Shown here: in pieces, positions 37,911 through 51,568 of the stretch
How positions within the stretch are numbered: the first letter of the stretch is position 1
Layout of the letters: each line of letters opens with the position of its first letter
DNA from: Mobula hypostoma
Taxonomy: Eukaryota
Reading direction: 5' to 3'
DNA: 64,000 nt
Assembly (NCBI RefSeq): GCF_963921235.1
Contig: NC_086108.1
Location: 6,510,001 to 6,574,000 of the forward strand
The notes under the pieces: model-generated
The model's database searches: none
Told to the model about the DNA's origin: nothing
Seen by the model: only the letters and a program-made list of their open reading frames with translations
Translations under genes and position numbers: made by a program

Positions 37911-37989
37911 CAAGTCTTCATTCGATACGATAAGAATGGATCAGGGACCATGGACAGTCAAGAGATGTTCGGAGCTCTGCAGGCAGCAG
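37911..37989 (+). CDS. Calpain exon I (EF3)
   Basis: tttcctccAG|CAA..GCAG|GTGAGG; 79 nt, QVFIRYDKNGSGTMDSQEMFGALQAA(G), canonical EF-hand loop. Confidence 0.95.
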
Positions 37990-38023
37990 GTGAGGGGATA
38001 GAGTTGACTGCAATCCAGGCGAG

Positions 38024-39308
38024 ACGGTAACACACACGGTAACGCACACGGTAGCGCACACAGTAACGCACACGGTAACACACACGGTAACGCACACAGT
38101 AACACACACGGTAACACACACGATAACACACACAGTAACACACACGGTAACGCACACGGTAACACACACAGTAACACACACGGTAACGCACACGGTAACA
38201 CATACAGTAACACACACAGTAACACACACGGTAACACACACAGTAACGCACACGGTAACGCACACGGTAACACACACGGTAACACATACGGTAACGCACA
38301 CGGTAACGCACACGGTAACACACAGTAACACACACGGTAACGCACACGGTAACGCACACGGTAACACATACAGTAACACACACAGTAACACACACGGTAA
38401 CACACACAGTAACACACACGGTAACACACACGGTAACACAAACGGTAACACACACGGTAACGCACACGGTAACGCACACAGTAACACACACGGTAACACA
38501 TACGGTAACACACACAGTAACACACACGGTAACGCACACGGTAACACACACGGTAACACATACGGTAACACACACAGTAACACACACGGTAACACACACG
38601 GTAACACACACGGTAACGCACACGGTAACACACACAGTAACACACACGGTAACGCACACGGTAACACACACGGTAACACATACAGTAACACACACGGTAA
38701 CACACACGGTAACACACACGGTAACGCACACGGTAACACACACGGTAACACATACGGTAACGCACACGGTAACACACACAGTAACACATACAGTAACACA
38801 CACAGTAACACACACGGTAACGCACACAGTAACACACACGGTAACACACACGGTAACGCACACGGTAACACATACAGTAACACACACAGTAACACATACG
38901 GTAACACATACGGTAACACACACAGTAACACACACGGTAACGCACACGGTAACACACACGGTAACACATACAGTAACACACACAGTAACACACACGGTAA
39001 CGCACACGGTAACACACACAGTAACATATACGGTAACACACACAGTAACACACATGGTAACGCACACGGTAACGCACACGGTAACACACACAGTAACACA
39101 CACAGTAACACATACGGTAACACACACAGTAACACACACAGTAACACACACGGTAACGCACACGGTAACACACACAGTAACACACACGGTAACACATACG
39201 GTAACACACACAGTAACACACACGGTAACGCACACGGTAACACACATGGTAACACACACAGTAACACACACAGTAACGCACACGGTAACACACACAGTAA
39301 CCCACAGT
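38024..39308. repeat. 12-bp satellite, about 105 copies
   Basis: Unit AC(G/A)GTAAC(A/G)CA(C/T). Confidence 0.97.
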
Positions 39309-39399
39309 AGTGCACACAGGAACACACTCCTGACATAGACACAGAGATTCTGCAGATGCTGGAAGTCTACAGTAACACACACTAGATGCTGGAGGAATT

Positions 39400-39985
39400 C
39401 AAGTTAAGACAAGTCTATTGCCATTTAACTATATACGTGTATATAGATCATATAACTGTACAATGTATGTAGAAACGAGACAATGTTTCCTTGAACCCGG
39501 ATGTAAAGCACAGTGATACACGTAAGCCACCTGGTACACGATGAGGTAAGGATAAAACTTACAGGTGAATCACACATAAATAACAAACTGAAGTGCATTA
39601 ATTAAATACTGTAAGATACTGAACAGATTAGCCGGTGACACTTGGAATGTGATGTGGCAGGGAGCTTAGAAGCCGAATGGTCTGGGGGAAGAAGCTGTTT
39701 CCCATCCTGATCGTTCTTGTTTCTATGCATCGGAGTCTCCTGCCTGATGGTAGAAAGTCAAAGACGACGCTGGATGGATGGGTGGGACCATTGATAATAC
39801 TAAGGGCCCTGCGTAAGCAGCACTCCTGATGAATATCCCTGATGGATGGGAGATTCTCGGCCGTTCTGACAGGCCTTTGTCGGGACTGCCAGTCCAGTGC
39901 TGGGCTGCTCCCAGACCAGACGGAGAAGCAGCTTGTCAGGACCCTCTCAGTGGTGCTCCTGTAAAACACAGTCAAGATGGAGGGA
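39400..39985 (-). mobile_element. Rex-Babar-like 3' end
   Basis: FYRSTTERVLTSC..LPSGRRLR..RMGNSFFPQTIRLL. Confidence 0.75.
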
Positions 39986-40998
39986 GGTGGTGGCAAATCA
40001 GCAGGTCAGGCAGCATCTACGGGGGTGGGGGGAAATAACAGTCAACATTTTGGACAAAGACTATTCAGTAGGACTGGAAAAGAAAGGGGGAAGAAGCCAG
40101 AGTAAGAAGGTGGGGGTAGGGGAAGGTGTGCAAGCTGGCAGGTGTAAGGTGAGACCAGGTGAGTCACCGGAGGAGAGGGGGCATGTAGGAAGAAGCTAGG
40201 AGAGGATAGGGGATAGGGTCCACTTTGACAAGCATCTTCACTCCATCTGTCTGGTCATTTCTCCCTCCTCCCCTTCCCATTCCCCATTCTGACTCCCCTC
40301 TCATTCCTTCTCTTGGTTGCCTCTTACCACCCTCTGGATCCCCCCCCCCTTCCTTTTCTCCTCTCCTGTGAGATTCCATCTTCTTCAGCCCCTTCATCTC
40401 TTCCACCTATCACCACCCAGCTTCTAACATCATCCCTCCATCTTCCCCCTCAGCCTGTACTCCTCCCCTTCTCCGCCACCTTCTCAATCCGACTTCTTCC
40501 CCCTTCCTGTCCTGTCCAGTCCGGATGAAGAGTCTTGGCCCGAATGATTGGTTGTTTATTCCCCTCCAAAGATGCTGCCTGACCTGCTGAGTTCCTCCAG
40601 CAATTTTTTTATTGGGATACAGCACGGAATAGGCCCTTTCAGATCTTCAAGCTGTGCCACCCAGCAAAACTGGAATTTAACCCCAGCCTAATCATGGGAC
40701 AATTAACCTACCAACTGGGTTCGTCTTCGGACTGTGGGAGGAAACCAGAGCGCCTAGAGGAAACCCTCAGAGTCACAGGGAGAACGTAGAAACTCCTTGA
40801 ACCCAGGTCCCTGGCACTGTAAAGCATCACGCTAATCACTGTGCTGCTGTACCGCCCCATTTTATGTGTGTTGCTCAAGATTTCCAGCATCTGCAGAATC
40901 TCTTGTGTCTCCAGTCAAAGCTGATAAAACCTGTGTGAGCCATAACTCGCACCGCTGATATTTCAGCCGTCTTTCACTGTTTGATTACTTTCCCCTAG

Positions 40999-41115
40999 GA
41001 TTCCAGATAGATGAGTTCTTGATGCAGCTGATCGGCCTGAGGTACACCGATCCTGATCTCACCATCAGTTACGTGAACTTCATTTGTTGCTTGACAAAGC
41101 TGGACACCATGATCA
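40999..41115 (+). CDS. Calpain exon J (EF4)
   Basis: ttcccctAG|GA..ATCA|GTAAGT; 117 nt, (G)FQIDEFLMQLIGLRYTDPDLTISYVNFICCLTKLDTMI. Confidence 0.95.
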
Positions 41116-41449
41116 GTAAGTAATTTGCATTTTTCTCAGCTCCAGCTCCCCAGGATCCTAGTGCTGGTTGAGTGTCCTCTGACCAACTGAACAACCGTGC
41201 CCCAGAATCTCCTGAGCCGCGGTTCTTGGATCTGATAAATCAGCTTCAGTTAGACTGGAACATAAATCAGAAATAAGTTTGTTGTTTTGTAGCAGCAGTA
41301 CAGTACAATACATAAAATATACTGTAAACTATAATTATACTTGCAAGAGAATTCCTAGAAGCACGGTTTTCTGTGATCAATTCTGTAAACAGACATGTAG
41401 TGCTCAATCCTATTTATGAGCCAATGCGGGCAAAATTTAAGACCATAAT

Positions 41450-44400
41450 GCACAGAGTTTGCCATGCAGCCAATCAGTGACAAGATTTCCTCCCTATATC
41501 ACAACTGAGCTTCTGTAATGACCAATCAGCTGATGGATAAGTATATAAAGGCCAAGCATTCGGAGGGCACACCATAATCGGTTGGGACAGAAGGAGTGAG
41601 AGTGGCTGAGTTGGCTCGACTGGAAGCTGGCTGTTGGCTGTGTTTTGCTTGATGCGTGAGTGTATTTTGGAACCTGTTGAGGGAAAGAGAGTGGGGAAGG
41701 AATGGGAATTGCTGGGAGGGGGTCGTGTGGGTCCGGTAATGGTGGACAAGATAAGAGGCGGGGTTGAGGGAAAGAAAGTGGAGAAGGAGAGGGATAGAGA
41801 CTTGGGACCAGAGGTAGGCAGCTGGGGAGAGGTGGATTATTGTGAAGGGAGAAATAAAGGGAATGAGGAGGTAGTGAGGGGTCGGATGAATAAAAACCAA
41901 GACAAAGGGAATAAAAGAATAAGAAATGATAGTGGAGAAAGCTCTGAAAGTGAGGAAGATGAACAAGCTCAGAGAGGAGGTGTTGTCATAACTAGGTTTA
42001 ATGAGAAGGCTCAGGGACATATGAAGAAAATTAACCCTTTTGTGCTAACAACAACTCTGACAAGATAGGGGAAATAGTATTTGCAAAAGTCCTTAATGAT
42101 GGCAACTTATTGGTAAGATGTGCGAATGAGGAACAACTTGAGAAAGCACTCAAGCTAAAAGAGATAGGACAATGCAAGGTGGAATACACTGGGAGGGTGG
42201 GAGCACAAAACAGTGGTTGTAAAGGAGTGATCACGGGATACCAATGAGTATAAATATGGAGGAGATAAAGAGGAATATCAAAGGAGGGAAAGTAATGAAT
42301 GTTCAAAGACTGAAAACAACAAAGGAGGGAGTGAAAAAGGAAAGTGAATCTGTATTGATTGAATTTGAAGAAGAAAGAGTGCCAAGGAAGGTGTTCCTGG
42401 GTTTCATGAGTTACCCAGTAAGGGTGTATGTGCCAAAGCCATTGAGGTGCTATAATTGTCAAACGTTTGGACACGTGGCTAAAAACTGTAAAAGGCAGAG
42501 GAGATGTGCTAGATGTGGGGGTGATCATGAATATGGAAAGTACGGAACAGAAGTTCAACCAAAATGCTGCAATTGTGGAGGAGCTCATAATGTTGCATAT
42601 AGTGGGTGTGAGGTTGTCAGACGGGAGACTAAAATTCAAGAAATAAGAGTGAAAAGAAAGATCACTTATGCAGAAGCTGTAAGAATGTCAAGAGAACAGA
42701 ATAATGCTCCTAATGAACAGGGAGCAATAGGGATACGAGAGATGCAACAAAGAACAAGTGACAGGATTTATGTAGACAAAAAGGCTCTAGTAACATTCAT
42801 TGCAGGAGTGATTAATAGTACTGCTGAGGTAAAGTCAAAAAGTGACAAAATTCAGCTGGTGGTAAAAGCAGCAGTAAACCATTTAGGGTTAGTAGGACTG
42901 ACATGGGAGGAAGTGAGGGAGAACCTCAGTAATCAGTCAAGCCAGGAAGTGTCATGTGTTGGTTAATACTAATTATGGTGATTCTTTTACAATGGAATGC
43001 AAGGAGTTTACTGGCCAATAGCCAGGAATTCAAGCACTTTATTAAAGAAATGGTTGTAAAACCGGATGTAGTGTGTATTCAGGAAACTTGGTTGAAACCA
43101 ACTTTAGACTTTGTGGTATATGGGTATACAATGATAAGGAAAGATAGAAATCTAGGGGGAGGAGGGGGTTGTGCTATGTTAATCAAGCAAGGTATACCAT
43201 ATAGGGTACTGGAAAAAGGAGATGATCAGGAATACATAGTGGTGGAAGTGTGGGAGAGAGGGGAGGGAGTGGTTATAATTAACTACTACAATCCATGTAA
43301 AAGGTTGGATTTGGACAGCCTATTAAGGATACAAGGACAAAACAGACATAAAGTAGTGTGGTGTGCAGATTTCAATGCTCATAGCACAATATGGGGGGAT
43401 CAGATTACAGATCCAAATGGAAAGGTAATTGAAGATTTGATGGAAGAAAGGGATTTGGTGTGTATGAATGATGGTAGCGGCACAAGGATAGATATAACAA
43501 CAGGAACTGAGTCAGTGTTAGATATTACGTTAGTGTCTAATACCTTGGCTGGCATTAGTAACTGGGGAGTTTGGACTGCTTCAACAGTAGGCAGTGATCA
43601 CTACCCAGTTTTATGTTCAGTGGGTGAAGGAGTTGAAGTAAGACCAGGTGGCGGAACCCCAAAGTGGGTGTTTGAAAAAGCTGATTGGGGTAAGTTCCAG
43701 AAGTTGAGTGAAGAAGGGTTGACAAAGATTGATATTTCTGGAAATGTAGATGAATTAAACAGTCAGGTGACTTCAGCAATTATCATGGCAGCAGGAGGAT
43801 CTATACCTAGGAGTAAAAATAGGATGAATAGAAAACTGGTACCATGGTGGACAGAGGAATGTTGTCAGGCTGTAAAAAACAGAAATAGAGCATTCAGGCT
43901 AGTTAAAAGAACCCATAATATGCAGCATTTGGTTCAATATAAGAAAGCACAGGCAGTGGTGAGAAGAACTATATGTCAAGCTAAAAGGGCAAGTTGGAGG
44001 AGCTTTTGTGACAAGGTAGGAAGAACAACACCTGTGGGAGAGATATGGGGAATGATTAAGAGGATGGGGGGAGATAGAAGGGAATGGGAATATCCAGTAA
44101 TGATATCTGAGGAGGAAACTGCAGTCTCCAGTAGGGATAAGGCTGAGGTCATGGCCAAGTCATTTGTACTGATACACAGTTCAGAAAATTCGTCTGAAGA
44201 AGGGAGAAGAAGAAGGGAAAGAATAATGAGCCAACACCCAGGTGTGTTAAGCAGGAGGGAAGGAACAGATGATATAATTGATGATCCATTTACATTAGCA
44301 GAAATGGTGAGAGCAATAAAGAGATCGAGACCAACCTCCCCAGGGAAAGATCTGATATGCTCTGTGATGCTAAAAAATCTAGGAGAAGGAGCGCTCTTGA

Positions 44401-46807
44401 AGCTGCTGCATTTTTATAACAGAGTGTGGGAGGAGGGAAGATTACCAAGTGCATGGAAAGAAGCAGTAGTAATTCCAATAAGGAAGCCTGGCAAGGATCT
44501 GTCAAAACCCACTAGCTACAGACCAATTGCATTAACATCAAGTATATGTAAGATAATGGAAAGGATGATAACAGAAAGTTTATCATATGAGCTTGAGAAA
44601 AGGGGAATGCTGGCAAGTTATCAGAGTGGTTTTAGAAAGGGAAGGAATTCCATGGACTCAGTGATTATGTTAGAGACTGAAATAAGGAAGGCCCAGGCAA
44701 ATAGAGAGTCAGTAGTGGCAGTGTTCTTTGACATTGAAAAAGCCTATGATATGATGTGGAAGGAAGGATTATTAATTAAACTGCACAAGATGGGGGTTGG
44801 TGGGAGAGTTTTTAATTGGATTAAAGATTTTTTGTTTGGTAGAAAAATTCAAGTTCGGATTGGATCAGAATTATCAAAACAGTACATAGTGGAAAATGAC
44901 ACACCTCAAGGTAGTGTGATTAGCCCATTACTTTTCATGATTATGATCAATGATGTCTTCACAAAGGTACCAGTGGATATAGGTAGGTCACTGTTTGCGG
45001 ATGATGGGGCCTTGTGGAAAAGAGGCAGGAACATGGACCATATAATCAGGAAACTACAAGAAGCAATTGATGAAGTGGTGGAGTGGGGTTATGATTGGGG
45101 ATGTAGATTTTCAGTAGATAAAACTCAAACTGTATTTTTTACCAGGAAAAGGGTTGAGGTAGGGAAGAAGTTAAGAATGTATGGGGTTGAATTAGAAAGG
45201 GTTGCATCATTTAAATTTCTGGGAGTTATATTTGATTCACGATTAACATGGGCAGACCATATCAGGAAAGTTGAGGAGAAATGTAAAAAAGTAATAAATG
45301 TGATGAGATGTTTGACTGGTAGGGAATGGGGAGCAAGTTGTTCAGCTTTGAAGAGAATGTATGTGGCTTTAGTGAGATCTGTATTGGATTATGGAAATAT
45401 AGTATATGGATCAGCAGCTAGGTCTCTTATAAGGAAACTGGATGTGATTCAGGCTCAGGCCTTGAGAGTGTGCAGTGGGGCTTTTAAAACGTCACCAGTG
45501 TCAGCCCTACAGGTAGAAATGGGAATAATGCGTTTGGAACTAAGAAGGATGCAACTGATGGCAAACTACTGGGCTAACTTGCAGGGGCACAATGATTCTC
45601 ACCCTACTAAAGGAGTGTTGCAGGAGTGCTGGGAAAATGGGAGGTTTCAGAGGGGATACCTTTAGTCAGGTAGGGAATGATATCGCAAAAGAATGTGGAG
45701 TGTTTGATCTGAGGATAAGTCCTTCAGTAGTTTATCCGGTTGTAGCTCCATGGAAGCTTGTATGGCCTGACATAGACTGGCATTTGTTAGAGGTAAAAAG
45801 GAAAGAAAGATATAAAACAGATTTGGTAAATGCATTTAACTGTCATGTGATGGAAAAGTATAGTGATTATACTCACATTTATACGGATGGTGCGAAGGAA
45901 CCTGAAACAGGAGTGACAGGGTTTGGGGTGGTAATACCAGCAAAAGAAATTGGAATCAGCAGAAGAACATCTAATAAGTTAGGGGTGTTTACAGTGGAGA
46001 TGCTGGCAGTGTTGGTTGCGTTGCAATGGGTGCAGAAAGCCAGACAAGCCAAAGCATTGATATGTTCAGATTCATCCTCAGTTCTAGCAAGTTTAAGGTC
46101 TTTTCACACAAACAGTCGGCAAGATGTACTTCATGAAGTCCTTCAGTTAGTTACAAGAATTGCAAATCAGGGAGGTCAGGTAAAATTTCTATGGGTTCCA
46201 GCACATGTAGGGGTGAAGGGGAATGAGAGGGTGGATGAGTTGGCAAAGAGGGCGTTAAAGAAAGAAAATGTGGAAATGCACATTAGTATCAGTAAAGCAG
46301 AGGTTAAGTGTGTAATCTGGGAAAAAGTCAACCGAATGTGGCAAGAAAGATGGGACAGGGAGGGGAAAGGGAGGCATTTATATCAAATACAAAAGAGTGT
46401 TGCAGTTACTAGGGTAGGTCGTGGATACAGAAGAGAGGAAACTGTGTGGACTAGGTTAAGGCTGGGGCACTGTGCATTAAATAAAACATTGAAAATGATA
46501 GGGAAACACCAGACAGGATTGTGTGAGGAATGTCAGGAAGAGGAGTCAGTAGAGCATGTAGTTTTGTGTTGCAGGAAGTATGGGATACAGAGAGAGATGA
46601 TGAGAAATAAATTAAGGGAGTTGTGGATGCAGGAATTCACATTAAAAGGGTTGCTGGGCATGGGTGAGAGAGCACAAGTCCGGGTATTTTTAGCGTTTTT
46701 AAGGGGTACAGGGGTTTTTTATAGAATATGACGAATAAACAGGAATAGGATACTAGGATGGTCAAAGATGGGAGGGTGAAGTGTAGGTTTGTATATGTGT
46801 ATGTATG

Positions 46808-46862
<55 letters not shown>

Positions 46863-46993
46863 ATATGTGAGAGATTGGGTGAAGGGATTTAGAATGTATG
46901 TCTAGTGCACATTCTGGAGCAGAGGGTGGCGGTAATGCACCATTAAGCTGGATGCCAACCGCCGTAAAACAAGATACAGACAGACAGACAGGT
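41450..46993 (+). mobile_element. Near full-length Nimb/I-clade LINE (ORF1 with zinc knuckles; ORF2 APE-RT-RNase H-CCHC)
   Basis: TSD AGACCATAAT (41440-49, 46994-47003); ORF1 CYNCQTFGHVAKNC; ORF2 from ATG 42975: QWN, IQETW, SDH, YRPIAL, DIEKAYD, PQGS, FADD, YTDG..SDS..WVPAH..GNE; (CAGA)n tail; three frameshifts. Confidence 0.93.
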
Positions 46994-47469
46994 AGACCAT
47001 AATCAACAGCACACCGGTGATGTCGCCTCACATGGTGGTGAAATGTTTGCAAGTAAATTGCCAAGATCGGAGAACAACTCAACCCAACCATCAAATGCCT
47101 GAGCTACATCTTGTAAATAATTTCTAACAATTATATAAAATAAGTACTACAAATGACAGAGGAAAAAATAGTGAGATAATGTTCATGAAACCATTCAGAA
47201 ATCGGATGGCAGAGGGGAAGAAGCTGTTCCTGAATCGTTGAGTGTGTGTCTTCAGGCTCCTGTACCTCCTCCCTGATGGTAGCAATGAGAAGAGGGCATG
47301 TCCTGGGTGGTAGGCACTGATCCCTCAAAGCTGTGCGGGTGCGTGGCCCTGCAGTAACTGAAATGCTCCCATGCACATAGCCTTTGTTGCCACGCAGCTG
47401 GGATTTTCTTTCATCATTTGTTGGTTATGTGTCGTGCCGTATGACGTAGGCGACCATGATTGTTCTTTC

Positions 47470-48098
47470 CATCCTACCCTTTGGCTACAGTCACATGCTT
47501 ACAGATACTAATTCCAATGTTTCAATGGTAAACCAGATCGTCTTCCTCAGGCACCGGTCACTCAAATGGCAAGTCTCCCTATAGACCCCTCCCCACATAC
47601 ACTCAAGTGAACAGGGCATGGCAGGGCTTAATACTCAATCCTGATTGGCTGGATCTGAATTGCCTATTCCTGATTGATTAGTTTGAATTGGCCTCGTTCT
47701 GATTGGTCGGTTGTGTTTTTTAGGAACCCTCTTTAGGAGTGTGTGCTATCTTTACACTCTTGGAACCTACATTGCGTCCCTCCCCCCTACATGCTCCATC
47801 TCTAGTGATTCCCTAATCTTGCTCTTGTAGGCATTCTCTTCCTTGCCAAGGATGTTGGTCTCACCAACCCTTGGTCTACATGACCATGATAGACAGTGTT
47901 CAGTGATCCCACGTCGTTCTGCTCTCATGTTTTTTAGGGCACTCTGATGTTCTGCTATCCTGGTTCTCAATGGCCTCCCAGTCTCACCAATGTATACCTT
48001 TTGGCATGGTGATAGAAGTATGAAGTACACAACTGCCTGACATCATTTGTTGGGTCTTCTAGGTGCCAGTTTGCTTAGCCTTTTTCTAATTTTGTCCT
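47470..48098 (-). mobile_element. Penelope-like element (GIY-YIG endonuclease + pLTR)
   Basis: PCQKVYIGETGRPLRTRIAEH..ILGKEE..KIRESLE; CTGAGGA..GAAAC motif at 47550-47519 (minus). Confidence 0.8.
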
Positions 48099-51000
48099 CA
48101 GTTAGAGGTGCCAGGGTCCGGGATGTTTCTGATCGCGTCCAAGATATCCTGAAGTGGAAGGGTGAGGGAGCCAGAGGTCGTGGTACATATAGGTACCAAT
48201 GACATAGGTAGGAAAAAGGAAGAGGTCCTGAAAGGAGAATATAGGGAGTTAGGAAGGGAGTTGAGAAGAAGGACCGCAAAGGTAGTAATCTCAGGATTAC
48301 TGCCTGTGCCACGCGACAGTGAGAGTAGGAATGCAATGAGGTGGAGGATAAATGCGTGGCTGAGGGATTGGAGCAGGAGGCAGGGATTCAAGTTTCTGGA
48401 TCATTGGGACCTCTTTTGGCGCAGGCGTGACCTGTACAAAAAGGACGGGTTGCACTTGAATCCTAGGGGGACCAATATCCTGGCAGGGAGATTTGCGAAG
48501 GCTACTGAGGTGACTTTAAACTAGAATGGTTCAGGGATAGGAATCAAATTGAAGAGACTAGGAGGGAGGAGGTTGGTTCACAGATGGAGAGAGCTGATGG
48601 ACGGTGTGTGAGGGAGGGTGGGCAGGGGACAGAGATCAGGAGCACTCAGACTGAAGATGTAGGGGAGAAGGAAGAAAAAGATAACAAAGTTGTTTGCTCC
48701 ATTAAGGATAAACAAAGAGGAAGAGGTGGGGAGTTTCTTAAATGCATCTATTTTGATGGTAGGTGAATTGTAAGAAAGGTGGATGAGCTTAGAGCATGGA
48801 TTGATACCTGGAAATATGATATAGCTATTAGTGAAACATGGTTACAGGAGGGGTGTGATTGACAACTAAATATTCCTGGATTTCGTTGCTTCAGGTGTGA
48901 TAGAATCGGTGGGGCAAGAGGGGGAGGTGTTGCATTGCTTGTCAGAGAAAATATAACAGCGGTGCTTTGGCAGGATAGATTAGAGGGCTCGTCTAGGGAG
49001 GCTATTTGGGTGGAATTGAGGAATAGGAAAGGTGTAGTAACACTTATAGGGGTGTATTATAGACCACCTAATGGGGACCGAGAACTGGAGGAGCAAATTT
49101 GTAAGGAGATAGCAGATATTTGTAGTAAGCACAAGGTTGTGATTGTGGGAGATTTTAATTTTCCACACATTGACTGGGAAGCCCATTCTGTAAAAGTGCT
49201 GGATGGTTTGGAGTTTGTAAAATGTGTGCAAGATAGTTTTTTTGCAGCAATACATAGAGGTACCAACTAGAGAAGGGGCAGTGTTGGATCTCCTGTCAGG
49301 GAATGAGATAGGGCAGGTGACAGAGGTATGTGTTGGGGAGCACTTCGGGTCCAGTGATCACAATACCATTAGTTTCAGTATAATTATGGAGAAGGATAGG
49401 ACTGGACCCAGGGTTGAGATTTTTGATTGGAGAAAGGCTAACTTTGAGGAGATGTGAAAGGATTTAGAAGGAGTGGATTGGGACAATTTGTTTTATGGGA
49501 TGGATATAATAGAGAAATGGAGGTCATTTAAAGGTGAAGTTTTGAGGGAACAGAATCTTTATGTTCCTGTTAGGTTGAAAGGAAAGGCTAAAAGTTTGAG
49601 AGAGATATCAAGGGATATTGGAAACTTGGTTCGGAAAAAGAGAGGGATCTTCAATAAATATAGGCAGCTTGGAGTTAATGAGGTACTCTAGGAATATAAA
49701 GAATGTAAAAAGAATATTAAGAAAGAAGTTAGAAAAACTAAAAGAAGATATGAGGTTGCTTTGGCAAGTAAGGTGAAAATAAATCCAAAGGGTTTCTACA
49801 GTTACATTAATAGCAAAAGGATAGTGAGGGATAAAATTGGTCTCTTAGAGAATCAGAGTGGACGGCTATGTGCGGAGCCAAAAGAGATGGGGCAGATTTT
49901 GAACAATTTCTTTTCTTCGGTATTCACTAAGGAGAAGGATATTGAATTGTGTAAGGTAGTTATGGAAACTATGACGATTAAAGAAGAGGAAGTACTGGCA
50001 CTTTTAAGGAATATAAAAGTGGATAAGTCTCCGGGTCCTGACAGGATATTCCCTAGGACCTTGAGGGAAGTTAGTGTAGAAATGGCAGGGGCTGTGACAG
50101 AAATATTTCAAATGTCATTAGAAATGGGGATGGTGCTGGAGGATTGGCGTATTGCTCATGTTGTTCCATTGTTTAAAAAGGGTTCTAAGAGTAAACTTAG
50201 CAATTATCGGCCTGTGAGTTTGACGTCAGTGGTGGGTAAATTGATGGAAAGTATTCTTAGAGATGGTATATATAATTATCTGGATAGACAGGGTCTGATT
50301 AGGAGCAGTCAACATGGATTTGTGCATGGAAGGTCATGTTTGACAAATCTTATTGAATTTTTTGAAGAAGTTACCAGGAAAGTTGACAAGGGTAAAGCGG
50401 TGAATGTTGTCTATAAGGCCTTTGACAAGGTTCCACATGGAAGGTTCAATCGTTAGGTATTAATATTGAAGTAGTAAAATGGATTCAGCAGTGGCTGGAT
50501 GGGAGACACCAGAGAGTGGTGGTGGATAACTGTTTGTCAGATTGGAGGCCAGTGACTAGTGGTGTGCCTCAGGGATCTGTACTGGGTCCAATGTTGTTTG
50601 TCATATATATTAATGATCTGGATGATGGGGTGGTAAATTGGATTAGTAAGTATGCAGATGATACTAAGATAGGTGGAGTTGTGGATAATGAAGTAGGTTT
50701 TCAAAGCTTGCAGAGATTTAGGCCAGTTAGAAGAGTGGGCTGGAAGATGGCAGATGGAGTTTAATGCTGATAAATGTGAGGTGCTACATTTTGGTAGGAC
50801 TGCTCAAAATAGGACATACATGGTAAATGGTAGGGCATTGAAGAATGCAGTAGAACAGAGGGATCTAGGAATAATGGTGCATAGTTCCCTGAAGGTGGAA
50901 TCTCATGTGGATAGGGTGGTGAAGAAAGCTTTTGGTATGCTGACCTTTATAAATCAGAGCATTGATTATAGGAGTTGGGATGTAATGTTGAAATTGTACA

Positions 51001-51568
51001 AGGCATTGGTAAGGCCAAATTTGGAGTATTGTGTACAGTTCTGGTCACCGAATTATAGGAAAGATGTCAACAAAATAGAGAGAGTACAGAGAAGATTTAC
51101 TAGAATGTTACCTGGGTTTCTGCTCCTAAGTTACAGAGAAAGGTTGAACAAGTTGGTTCTTTATTCTTTGGAGCGTAGAAGGTTGAGGGGGGACTTGATA
51201 GAGGTATTTAAAATTATGAGGGGGGTAGATAGAGTTGACGTGGATAGGCTTTTTCCATTGAAAGTGGAGGAGATTCAAACAAGAAGACATGAGTTGAGAT
51301 TTAAAGGGCAAAAGTTTAGGGGTGACATGAGGGGGAACTTCTTTACTCAGAGAGTGGTAGCTGTGTGGAACGAGCTTCCAGCAGAAGTGGTTGAGGCAGG
51401 TTTGATGTTGTCATTTAAAGTTAAATTGGATAGATATATGGACGGGAAAGGAATGGAGGGTTATTGGCTGAGTGCTGGTCGGTGGGACTAGGTGAGAGTA
51501 AGAGTTCGGCACGGACTAGAAGGGCCGAGATGGCCTGTTTCCATGCTGTAATTGTTATATGGTTATAA
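48099..51568 (+). mobile_element. CR1 LINE with ORF1 esterase C-part and full decayed ORF2
   Basis: VVVHIGTNDI..DGLHLNPRG (SGNH-type esterase); YRPP, GDFN, SDH, YRPVSL, VPQGSVLGP, YADD; GTTATATG tail. Confidence 0.95.

Noticed and set aside
37918..39382. Cys/Val-rich 474-479 aa ORFs
   Set aside because: Translation of a 12-bp satellite in all three minus frames.
40515..40550. Additional hammerhead copies (also near 4288, 13050, 53940, 58950)
   Set aside because: The core CUGANGA, GAAA or stem I is mutated or truncated; treated as decayed remnants.
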